Shown here one piece after another: positions 55,540-62,597 of a stretch of 62,597 bases of DNA (its first letter is position 1; each line of letters opens with the position of its first letter). The position numbers and the translations under genes were made by a program. The DNA comes from Polyangia bacterium (GTDB taxonomy: Bacteria > Myxococcota_A > Polyangia > Fen-1088): assembly GCA_036498765.1 (NCBI GenBank), contig DASYEX010000349.1:1-62597 (forward strand), given 5' to 3'. The notes under the pieces are model-generated. The model was given only the letters and a program-made list of their open reading frames with translations. It did no database searches and was not told where the DNA came from.

Positions 55540-56118
55540 CTACTGGGCCTGGATCTGACCGCCGTCGGTCAAGACCAGGTTCCGGTGGCGGTGAGCGCCG
55601 GTAAACCCCTCGATGTCTCGGACCCATGGTGAGTCGGGGTAGTGGTTGACGGCGTATTCGGCCTCGCCGCGGGCCTCCCGAGCCATCCCCTGGGCGGCCA
55701 GCGCGTGAATCAAGATCGACGCGCGCTCGGGGGCTTCCGAGCTGTCGGGGAAGCGGCGGTTGCCGGCGCGCGCCAGCTCGACCGCCAGGGGGTAATCGCT
55801 GCCGGCGGCCTGGCGGAGGCGCGCCATCAGCACGGCCTCGCTGAGCGGCTTGGCCGCCTCCGACCCGGGAGGCGGCGGCGCGGCGGTGGTCGAGGGCGAC
55901 CGGTCCGGCCCCGGCGGGTGCGAAACGGCGGGCGGCGGCTCCGCCGGCGGGGGGACGCTGCCCGCAGGCGGCGCGGCGGCGGGCGGCGCGGTGCTCGGGC
56001 CGGCGCGCTGGTCGGCCGGCGGTTCGAGGTCGCGCCTCGGGCGGCCACGCGCCAGCACCAGGGCCAGGGCGACGGCGCCGAGCCCCAGCAGGATCTTGAG
56101 GCGCGTCGTGCGCTTCAC
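55540..56118 (-). CDS. Membrane-anchored protein of unknown function (TM, Pro-rich spacer, helical C-domain)
   Basis: MKRTTRLKILLGLGAVALALVLA, a PA-rich spacer, then a TPR-like helical segment. No family recognised. Confidence 0.6.
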   Translation of the reverse strand: MKRTTRLKILLGLGAVALALVLARGRPRRDLEPPADQRAGPSTAPPAAAPPAGSVPPPAEPPPAVSHPPGPDRSPSTTAAPPPPGSEAAKPLSEAVLMARLRQAAGSDYPLAVELARAGNRRFPDSSEAPERASILIHALAAQGMAREARGEAEYAVNHYPDSPWVRDIEGFTGAHRHRNLVLTDGGQIQAQ

Positions 56119-56136
56119 GTCGGGAAGTCTACGCGG

Positions 56137-57726
56137 TCAGGGGCAGGCGTCGAGCGTCGCCTTCTGCGCGTTGTAGAGGTTCTGCATCGGCGTCTTCATG
56201 ACCGGCCAGGCGGTCATCGTGCTGCCGTCGTCGTTGGTCTCGTAGTTCCAGGCCCAGGCGCCGTTGTAGCCGTTGTTGTAGAGGTTGGTGTAGAGGTCCG
56301 AACCGTTCACGCCGTCGGTGGTGACGGCCCAGAACTCGCCCATCACCAGGTTCTTGTCGAGCTTCCAGTTCGACGCCGGGTGCGTGAAACAGGAGACGCT
56401 CGACCCGTTCGACGTGTAGTAGTGGACCTCGTAGAAGTCGAGCGTCCCGTTCGCCTGGCCACCCGCCGCCGTGAGCGCGCTGTTCGAGTAGAGGTTGGTC
56501 CCACCGGTGGCGTTCGAGCAGGTGCCGAACGTCTGGGCGCCGCTGGTCACCCGGGCGTTCGCGTCGGTGGTGTGAATCGCCGACGCGAAGACGTTGACCG
56601 TCTTCTGGACGTACTTCTGGTCGACCTCGGTGCCGCCGTTGCCCGAGGTCCAGCCGTGCTGCGTGGTCATCCCTTCTGGCTCGTTGAAGATCTCGTACGA
56701 GTAGAGGCCCGGGTTCCCCTTGAGCGCGTTGACCACCGGGATGAGGACGTTGTTGACGTAGGCGGTCCGGTTGGCGTCGACGGTGAGGAGGTTCTGGTTG
56801 TTGGTGCGCAGCTGGGTGGTGATGTTCTCGCCCCCCTGGAGCATGTCGAACGACCACAGGCTGATGTTGAGCGCCACGCCGGCCGTATGCGCGGCGGTGA
56901 CCAGCTTGACGAGATCGCTCAGGGCCGCCGAGGTGAGCGGCTTGGCCATCCCGCTGCCGTCGTAACCCGGCGTCACCGTCCCGTTGGTGTGGAACCACCA
57001 GCGGATCACCCGCCCGCCGACGGCGGCGCTGTTGGTGAAGATGGTGTTGAAGGTGGTCAGGTTCGGGTTGGGGATGTCGTTGGCGAAGTTCACCCAGGCG
57101 ACGTTCAACCCGCTGGCGAACTTGCAGATCGCGTTGCTGGTGCTGCCGCCGGTCCCCGTCGACCCGCCGCTGCCGGTGGTGCCGCCGGTCGCGCCGCCGC
57201 TCCCGGTCGCGCCGGACGTTCCACCTTTCGCGCCGCCCGTGCCCGGGGTGCCTCCCGTCGCGCCGCCGCTCCCGGTCGTTCCCCCCTTGGCGCCGCCCGT
57301 GCCCGTCGTCCCACCGCTGCCGGTCACGCCGCCCGAACCCGTCGCACCGCCCGTCGCGCCGCCGCTCCCCGTGGTGCCGGTCGTTCCCCCCTTGGCGCCG
57401 CCCGTGCCCGTCACTCCCCCGCTGCCGGTCGCGCCGCCGCTGCCGGTCGCGCCGCCGCTGCCGGTCGCGCCGCCGGACCCCGTGGTGCCGCCGGTGCCGA
57501 TGCTCCCGCCGGTCCCCGTCGTGCCCCCGCGGCCGCCGCTCGCGTTCGCGCCACCGCTGCCGGTTACGCCGCCACCGCCGGTGGCCCCGCCGGTCGACCC
57601 GTTGCTCCCGCCTTCGCTCGAAGCCCCGCCGGAGCCGCCGCCGCCCTCGCCCTCGCCCGACTCGGGCGCCGCACAGGCGGACATGGCCAGGACCAGCACC
57701 AGGGGGAGCAGCGGAGCGGACTTCAT
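56137..57726 (-). CDS. GH5-family beta-mannanase-like lipoprotein with long Gly-rich linker
   Basis: Start re-picked at MKSAPLLPLVLVLAMSAC, with GGAGGA upstream. Catalytic domain: RWWFHTNG, YEIFNEPEG (acid/base Glu), FYEVHYY, LVMGEFWA (nucleophile Glu). Confidence 0.85.
   Translation of the reverse strand: MKSAPLLPLVLVLAMSACAAPESGEGEGGGGSGGASSEGGSNGSTGGATGGGGVTGSGGANASGGRGGTTGTGGSIGTGGTTGSGGATGSGGATGSGGATGSGGVTGTGGAKGGTTGTTGSGGATGGATGSGGVTGSGGTTGTGGAKGGTTGSGGATGGTPGTGGAKGGTSGATGSGGATGGTTGSGGSTGTGGSTSNAICKFASGLNVAWVNFANDIPNPNLTTFNTIFTNSAAVGGRVIRWWFHTNGTVTPGYDGSGMAKPLTSAALSDLVKLVTAAHTAGVALNISLWSFDMLQGGENITTQLRTNNQNLLTVDANRTAYVNNVLIPVVNALKGNPGLYSYEIFNEPEGMTTQHGWTSGNGGTEVDQKYVQKTVNVFASAIHTTDANARVTSGAQTFGTCSNATGGTNLYSNSALTAAGGQANGTLDFYEVHYYTSNGSSVSCFTHPASNWKLDKNLVMGEFWAVTTDGVNGSDLYTNLYNNGYNGAWAWNYETNDDGSTMTAWPVMKTPMQNLYNAQKATLDACP
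57138..57660 (-). repeat. Coding low-complexity repeat (GGxTG(S/T), ~18-nt period) forming the ~175-aa linker of the GH5 protein
   Basis: Translation ...GGATGSGGATGSGGATGSGGVTGTGGAKGGTTG..., with longer GTGGAKGGTTG blocks recurring three times. Confidence 0.8.
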
Positions 57727-57813
57727 GATTCCTCCGTAAAGAAAGTCGAAAGGAAGCGATTGGGGGAGCGCCCACGCCAAGGGCAGCAGGGGGCGGCAAG
57801 CTTCATGAAAACG

Positions 57814-58557
57814 CTACGGATGGGCTTCGAGCGCGACGCCGCGGAACGGTCCCGACGGGTAGCGTCGGAGATACCTGGCGCCCAGCGCGGCGGCGTCGGC
57901 ATCGTGGTGCGCGACGGCGGCCTCGATCGAGAGCGCCAGCGCCTCCTCGGCGAGCGCACCGTTCGGATTCCGCTCCAGGTACTTGGCGAGCAGCGCGCGC
58001 GCCCGGACCGGATTCTTGTCCAGCCGCAGCGCCCGCATCGCCTCGAGGACTGCCTGACTCTCCGTCTCGGCCGGGGGCGACGGCGCCGGCGGAGGCGGCG
58101 CGACGTGATGAACGCGGGCCACCGCGGGCGCGCGGGACACCACCGGCGGAGACGACGCCGCGACCGGGAGCGGGGCCGGCTCGGCAAGGGCGAGCGCCGG
58201 AGCAGCCAGCACGCGAAGGCCGGGTCGCGCCGAGGCGGACGTGAACGTCGGCGTGGTCCGCGCGGCGGCCGGGGCAGTGTGCGGGACCAGCCGCTCATAG
58301 GCACGGCCGAGCCACCCGCGCCAGGGTCCGATCGCCGCGCTGGCGAACGCGCCGCAGCCCGCGAGCACGCCGAGGACGATGACCGGACGCAACAGCACCG
58401 GCGCCCGCCGCGGCGCGCGGGCCGGCAAGCCGAGGAGCACGCGCTGCTTCCGCCCTGGTGGCACCGTGTAACGATCCGTCGAGCGCAGCAGATCGCCGAT
58501 CCAGGGATCGAGCTGCCCATCTTCGATCAACCGCGCCGGATCCTCGTCGCGCCTCAT
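57814..58557 (-). CDS. Putative anti-sigma factor (TM plus helical C-domain), paralogous in layout to 13110..14393
   Basis: ATGA overlap with the sigma gene stop. TM VIVLGVLAGCGAFASAAIG. C-terminal RNPNGALAEEALALSIEAA parallels RFPNGVLANEARVARVEAL. Start re-picked inside ORF 57814..58944. Confidence 0.65.
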   Translation of the reverse strand: MRRDEDPARLIEDGQLDPWIGDLLRSTDRYTVPPGRKQRVLLGLPARAPRRAPVLLRPVIVLGVLAGCGAFASAAIGPWRGWLGRAYERLVPHTAPAAARTTPTFTSASARPGLRVLAAPALALAEPAPLPVAASSPPVVSRAPAVARVHHVAPPPPAPSPPAETESQAVLEAMRALRLDKNPVRARALLAKYLERNPNGALAEEALALSIEAAVAHHDADAAALGARYLRRYPSGPFRGVALEAHP

Positions 58558-59195
58558 CGCCGCGTCCCCTCGACGACTCCCGCGCCGCGCGGGTGCAGGT
58601 GCGCGTCCCGAAACTTGGCGGCCAGGGCCAGAAACTCCTTGCGCGCGTGGTAGAGGCGCGTCCAGACGGTGTTGAGCGGGACGCTCTGGATGCGGGCGAT
58701 CTCGTCGCCCGAGAGGCCCTCGATCTCGAACAGCACGAACGCCGTTCGCCGCTCCTCGCGCAGCTTTCCCAGGATGGTGGCCAGGATCCGCTGCTCCTCC
58801 TTGCGTTCGAGGTCGGCGGCGGGACCGGCGCCGCCGCTGATCAGCGCGTCGGGATCCTCCAGGCGGCGGCGCGTGAAGATGTGCTTGACCCAGGCCCGGC
58901 GCCGGAAGTCGCGCACCTGCCGGCGCGTGATCCGGTAGAGCCAACCGGCGGGGTTGATGCCGTCGAAGTCCTTCATGCGGCGGCGCACGACCAGGAAGAC
59001 CTCCTGGACGATGTCGTCCTGGTCGGCTGTCGCGCCGCCCAGCGCCCGGATCCAGCGCGCCACGTCCTCGAACCAGAGGTCGTAAAAGGCGCGGAAGTCC
59101 TGGGGGAACCCCGGTGACCGGAGCGCGGCATGCCCGTTTCGATCAGGGCGGTCTTGTGGCAGGACCTTCATGGCCAGCACCGAGCCGAAGGGCAC
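58554..59195 (-). CDS. ECF sigma-70 factor, paralogue of 12538..13113
   Basis: DVARWIRALGGATADQDDIVQEVFLVVRRR (compare TIARWAVRLGGPGIDPNDVVQEVFLVAQRR). Region 4 RTAFVLFEIEGLSGDEIARIQSVPLNTVWTRLYHARK. Start is GTG 59195 or ATG 59171. Confidence 0.85.
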   Translation of the reverse strand: MPFGSVLAMKVLPQDRPDRNGHAALRSPGFPQDFRAFYDLWFEDVARWIRALGGATADQDDIVQEVFLVVRRRMKDFDGINPAGWLYRITRRQVRDFRRRAWVKHIFTRRRLEDPDALISGGAGPAADLERKEEQRILATILGKLREERRTAFVLFEIEGLSGDEIARIQSVPLNTVWTRLYHARKEFLALAAKFRDAHLHPRGAGVVEGTRR

Positions 59196-59289
59196 CTGCC
59201 CAGCAAAACCTTCATGGTCAGGGAGGGAATTTTAACCGAGCGGCGGCGGTGACGTCTCGCCCAAGTCGTTTCGATTCGGATATCGTGGC

Positions 59290-60279
59290 GTGGTGCGCAA
59301 GTGGCGTTTCCGCGGCGCGATCCTCGCCGCGGCTGCGCTCGGCGCGCTGGGTCGCGGCCCCGCGCGAGCGGCCCAACCGGCCGACGAACCCCCGGCGCCG
59401 GGCCCGGCGCCGGCGCCGCCCGCACCAGCCGCCGCGATCGGCGGTCCCAGTACTTGCCCGCGTCCCGCGGCGGTCTTCGACGAGCTTCTGACGCTGGTGC
59501 CGCGCGAGCGGCTCGAGGCCCGCCTGCGGGCGATCGCGCGCGGGAAGACGCCGGTGGTGGAGATCGTCGATCTGGGCGTCCCGTACCGGATCATCGCCGC
59601 GGGCCAGGTTCGCGAGTATCGCGACGAGAGCCGCGACTGTGCCTACCGCGCGCGCATCGCCGCGGTGTTCGTGGCGCTGGCGATCGATCCGGCCGAGCTG
59701 ATCGCGCCGCCCGCGCCCCCTCCGCCGCCCGCGCCGGCACCGCTGCCCGCGCCGGCGATGGAAGCGCCGCCGCCCGTCGCCAGGCTCGATCTCGGCGCGA
59801 CGGTGCTCGGTGGAATCGGTTCCGGCGACCGGGGCGCCGACTTCGGGGCCGAGCTGCGCTGGGCGGGCGGGCGCGGTCGCGTCGGTCCGGAGGCGGGACT
59901 CCTGGCGCTGCTTCCGGTCGACAACACGATCGGGGGGGTGCGGCTGCGACAGTGGCGCCTCCCCGTCGACGCCGGGGTGCGGGCGCGGATCGTCGGTCCG
60001 CGCTTCGAGCGCTACGGCGAGATCGGGCTGGCGGCGGCGCTGCTCTCCGTGCGCGCGCTCGATCTGGCCAGTCCCAGGTCGCAGACCGCGCTCGAGCTCG
60101 GTGTGCACATCGCGGTCGGCCTCCACGCGACCGGCCATCGGCTCGCGCCATTCGCCGCGCTGGCCGTCGAGCTGGTCCCCGACCCGCCGGCGGTGTTCGC
60201 GCTGCCCGCGGGGACGGTGGGACACACACCGCTCCTCTGGGCCGGCGCCACGGCCGGCGCGTCGCTGGGGTTCTGGTGA
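59290..60279 (+). CDS. Secreted protein of unknown function (two-Cys N-domain, Pro-rich linker, beta-rich C-domain ending in FW). Paralogue of 11498..12508
   Basis: Signal AILAAAALGALG. See 11498..12508 for the shared strings. C-terminus ...GATAGASLGFW. GTG start. Confidence 0.7.
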   Translation: MVRKWRFRGAILAAAALGALGRGPARAAQPADEPPAPGPAPAPPAPAAAIGGPSTCPRPAAVFDELLTLVPRERLEARLRAIARGKTPVVEIVDLGVPYRIIAAGQVREYRDESRDCAYRARIAAVFVALAIDPAELIAPPAPPPPPAPAPLPAPAMEAPPPVARLDLGATVLGGIGSGDRGADFGAELRWAGGRGRVGPEAGLLALLPVDNTIGGVRLRQWRLPVDAGVRARIVGPRFERYGEIGLAAALLSVRALDLASPRSQTALELGVHIAVGLHATGHRLAPFAALAVELVPDPPAVFALPAGTVGHTPLLWAGATAGASLGFW

Positions 60280-61079
60280 TGAACGCGCGCGGTGCTGCCC
60301 CCGCTCTTGGCCCCACCCTTCTCACGACGGCACTCGTCATGACGGCACTCGCCGCCGGGTGTGGGCCGCTCGACGTCGGCTCGGATCTCTACTGGACGGC
60401 GCGCTTCGAGACCGGCGACTTCAGCGAGTGGACCGGCCAGCCGGGCGGTCAGGCCGAGATGTTCCCGACGCCCCCCAACATGGTGGCCGTGACCAACGGT
60501 CAGGCGCACCAGGGGAGCTACTCCGCCGCGCTGACCATCACCGCCGGACCGGACAACGTCCAGGAGAACGCGCTGCTCTCGCGGGCCGGCGATCTTCCGA
60601 TCGAGGGGTACTACAGCGCCTGGTACTACCTCCCCCACAGCGTGACCGTCGGGACGTTCTGGGTGCTGTTCAAGTTCAGGATGCGGACCAACGCCAGCGA
60701 TCCGTCGACGTCCGGCGAGCTCTACGACATGGATCTGGCGACGCTGACGAGCGGCGAGATGACGCTGCAGCTCTACACGCATCAGACGTCGACCGTCATC
60801 CCGCTGGACGTGAGCGACCCGGTGGTGCCGGTCGACACCTGGTTCCAGCTGGAGGCGTTCTATCGCGCGGCCAACGACGCCACCGGCCGACTGACCTACT
60901 GGCTCGACGGCCGCCAGGTGGTCGACCTCGCCGGAGTCCCCACCAGCCCGACCTCCTGGGTCGAGTGGGACGCCTGCAGCGTCGGCGAGAACCTGAGCCC
61001 CGAGACCGAGACGATCTATGTCGACGATTGCGCGATCAGCCGGTCGCGCGTCGGCCTCCCCGGGCGCCTCACCGAATGA
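60279..61079 (+). CDS. Lipoprotein with ConA-like jelly-roll (LamG / polysaccharide-lyase-like) domain
   Basis: ATG shares one base with the preceding stop (TGATG). Lipobox LAAGC. FETGDFSEWTG, GSYSAALTI, WYYLP, TWFQLEAFYRAANDATGRLTYWLDGRQVVDL, IYVDDCAIS. The family call is tentative. Confidence 0.7.
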   Translation: MNARGAAPALGPTLLTTALVMTALAAGCGPLDVGSDLYWTARFETGDFSEWTGQPGGQAEMFPTPPNMVAVTNGQAHQGSYSAALTITAGPDNVQENALLSRAGDLPIEGYYSAWYYLPHSVTVGTFWVLFKFRMRTNASDPSTSGELYDMDLATLTSGEMTLQLYTHQTSTVIPLDVSDPVVPVDTWFQLEAFYRAANDATGRLTYWLDGRQVVDLAGVPTSPTSWVEWDACSVGENLSPETETIYVDDCAISRSRVGLPGRLTE

Positions 61080-61095
61080 GCCCCGGCGGCCGAGG

Positions 61096-61788
61096 TTACT
61101 TTTTTTGGGCCGCTGCCAGGAGCTGCGGCAGATCGTAGTCGCAGAGCTCGCCGATCCGACCGAGGGTGATATCCGGGGGCGGAAACGTCGCCACGTCGGG
61201 CCCCAACGCGTAGTGGCCTTGCCGCGGGAAGACGGTGGTCAGCCGCTCGCCCCAGACCTTCTTTACCGCGGTCAGGATCCGAATCTTGTCATCCACGAGC
61301 ACGTAGTGGTCAGCGGGGAAGCGGCGCTCGACGTCGTCGAGCTCGTGCTCCTTGTGGATGTAGATGAGCACGCGCTTTTCGACCGCGTCGAGGAGGCCGG
61401 CGCGCTCGACCTTGCGTGGCTGGAACACGACGTCGCCGTCGGAGAGGATGACGGTCTGGCCGAAGCGGGCGGCGTGCTCGAGGGCGTCGAGCGAGCCCGG
61501 GAACAGGCGGTTGGCGAACGGGTAGTTCACCAAAAACGACGAGACGGCCAGGAGGTGCGGATCGCGCGGGTGCAGCAGGCGATAGCGCTGGAGCGCCCCC
61601 AGGTAGTCGGAGTACCCGAGCTCCGTGCGCAGGGTCTCGAAGATCTCGAAGTACTGCTCGGCGCGCGCGGCGCCGACCTCGTTGTTCAGGTAGCGCCGCA
61701 GGTCGACGGCGACGCGGTCGTTGTCGAGCAGCGTGTTGTCGACGTCGAAGAGGAAGACGACCTTGCCGGCATCGGTCGGCTTGCTCAC
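61096..61788 (-). CDS. HAD-superfamily hydrolase
   Basis: VVFLFDVDNTLLDND (DxDxT motif I), ILSDGDVVFQPRK. 4-nt overlap with the rpiA stop. Confidence 0.8.
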   Translation of the reverse strand: MSKPTDAGKVVFLFDVDNTLLDNDRVAVDLRRYLNNEVGAARAEQYFEIFETLRTELGYSDYLGALQRYRLLHPRDPHLLAVSSFLVNYPFANRLFPGSLDALEHAARFGQTVILSDGDVVFQPRKVERAGLLDAVEKRVLIYIHKEHELDDVERRFPADHYVLVDDKIRILTAVKKVWGERLTTVFPRQGHYALGPDVATFPPPDITLGRIGELCDYDLPQLLAAAQKK

Positions 61789-62540
61789 GGCAGATCCGAT
61801 CGCTTGAAGACCTCCACGTGCCCGTCGGGGTGGCCGACCAGCACGCGCTCGGCGGTGCCGAGAAAAAGCCCCGTGTCGACCACGCCCGGGATCCGGCAGA
61901 CCGCCGTCTCCAGCGTGCGCGCCAGCTGCGGCTCGGCCAGCGGCCGCGAGACGCCGCAGTCGAAGATCAGGTTGCCGTTCACCGAGATGAACGGCCGGCC
62001 GGCCTTGGGATCCTGACGGAGGACGGGCCTGAGCCCGAGAGCCTTGAGCCGGCGGGTGGCGAGGCCTGCCCCCATGGGGATCACTTCCACCGGGAAAGGA
62101 TCATGGGCGCAGAGGACCGGGACCACCTTCTCGGGCGTCACCAGGATGACCTGACGGCGCGAGGAGGCGGCGACGATCCGCTCCCGCACGAACGCGGCAC
62201 CCTTCCCTTTGACGAGGTCGAGGTTCGGCGAGACCTCGTCGGCGCCGTCGACGGTGAGATCGAGCAGCGTCTCCTCGTCGATCTCGATGAGCGGGATCCC
62301 CAGCGAGCGGGCCAGGCGCTCCGAGGCCTCCGAGGTCGGGACGCCCGAAACGTTGAGGCCCCGGCGGGCGCGCCCGGCCAGCGCCGCGATGAACGCCGAA
62401 GCCGCGCGTCCCGAGCCGAGGCCGACGCGCGCGCCGTCGGTGACCAACTCGGCGGCCTTGGACGCGGCCGCCAGGACACCCGGATCGGTCGACGCGCCGG
62501 GCGTCTTGCCGGTCGACTTGGCCGGCGCTTTCTCTTTCAT
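61785..62540 (-). CDS. rpiA: Ribose-5-phosphate isomerase A
   Basis: VGLGSGRAASAFI, TVDGADEV, DLVKGKGAAFVRERIVA, and the C-terminal GVVDTGLF are RpiA signatures. Confidence 0.9.
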   Translation of the reverse strand: MKEKAPAKSTGKTPGASTDPGVLAAASKAAELVTDGARVGLGSGRAASAFIAALAGRARRGLNVSGVPTSEASERLARSLGIPLIEIDEETLLDLTVDGADEVSPNLDLVKGKGAAFVRERIVAASSRRQVILVTPEKVVPVLCAHDPFPVEVIPMGAGLATRRLKALGLRPVLRQDPKAGRPFISVNGNLIFDCGVSRPLAEPQLARTLETAVCRIPGVVDTGLFLGTAERVLVGHPDGHVEVFKRSDLP

Positions 62541-62597
62541 GACCTCTTCTTCTCCAAGCTAGTCCCCCGGCTGGTGCAAGCCGCCGACGTCAGCCGT

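Overview
This is a very GC-rich, gene-dense chromosomal segment. It is almost certainly Myxococcota: two proteins end in MYXO-CTERM-type tails, and there is a eukaryote-like Ser/Thr kinase, a sigma-54 enhancer-binding response regulator, three ECF sigma/anti-sigma pairs, and many Gly- or Cys-rich lipoproteins. I support about 50 CDS. I saw no rRNA, tRNA, CRISPR array, transposase, integrase or phage genes. Housekeeping and stress genes: aat, ku, osmC, bioA, pyk, rpiA, a PiT phosphate transporter, an FKBP-type PPIase, a KGG stress protein, a Spy/CpxP-like protein, DUF72, and HAD hydrolases. Other recognisable genes: a translationally coupled tolC-MFP-RND-RND efflux operon, a KirBac-type K+ channel, a GH5 mannanase-like lipoprotein, and a 1160-aa Cys-rich repeat lipoprotein ending in a CBM3 module. 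The most interesting region is 20.2-37.1 kb. A histidine kinase/NtrC-type activator pair sits between GG-N10-GC sigma-54-type promoter motifs. On one side, two near-identical promoters each precede one of two tandem paralogous genes. Those genes encode proteins with a lipoprotein signal, a DD...H(S/T)WDH deacetylase-like core and a MYXO-CTERM tail. On the other side, a weaker promoter motif precedes the efflux operon. Other candidates are a signal peptide + gluzincin-like + PD40 propeller + Omp85-like barrel fusion that lacks POTRA domains, and a duplicated ECF sigma / anti-sigma / two-Cys barrel-like protein cassette. All family calls come from reading the translations for motifs; no searches were run. 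Start codons of several genes were re-picked inside the supplied ORFs and remain uncertain.
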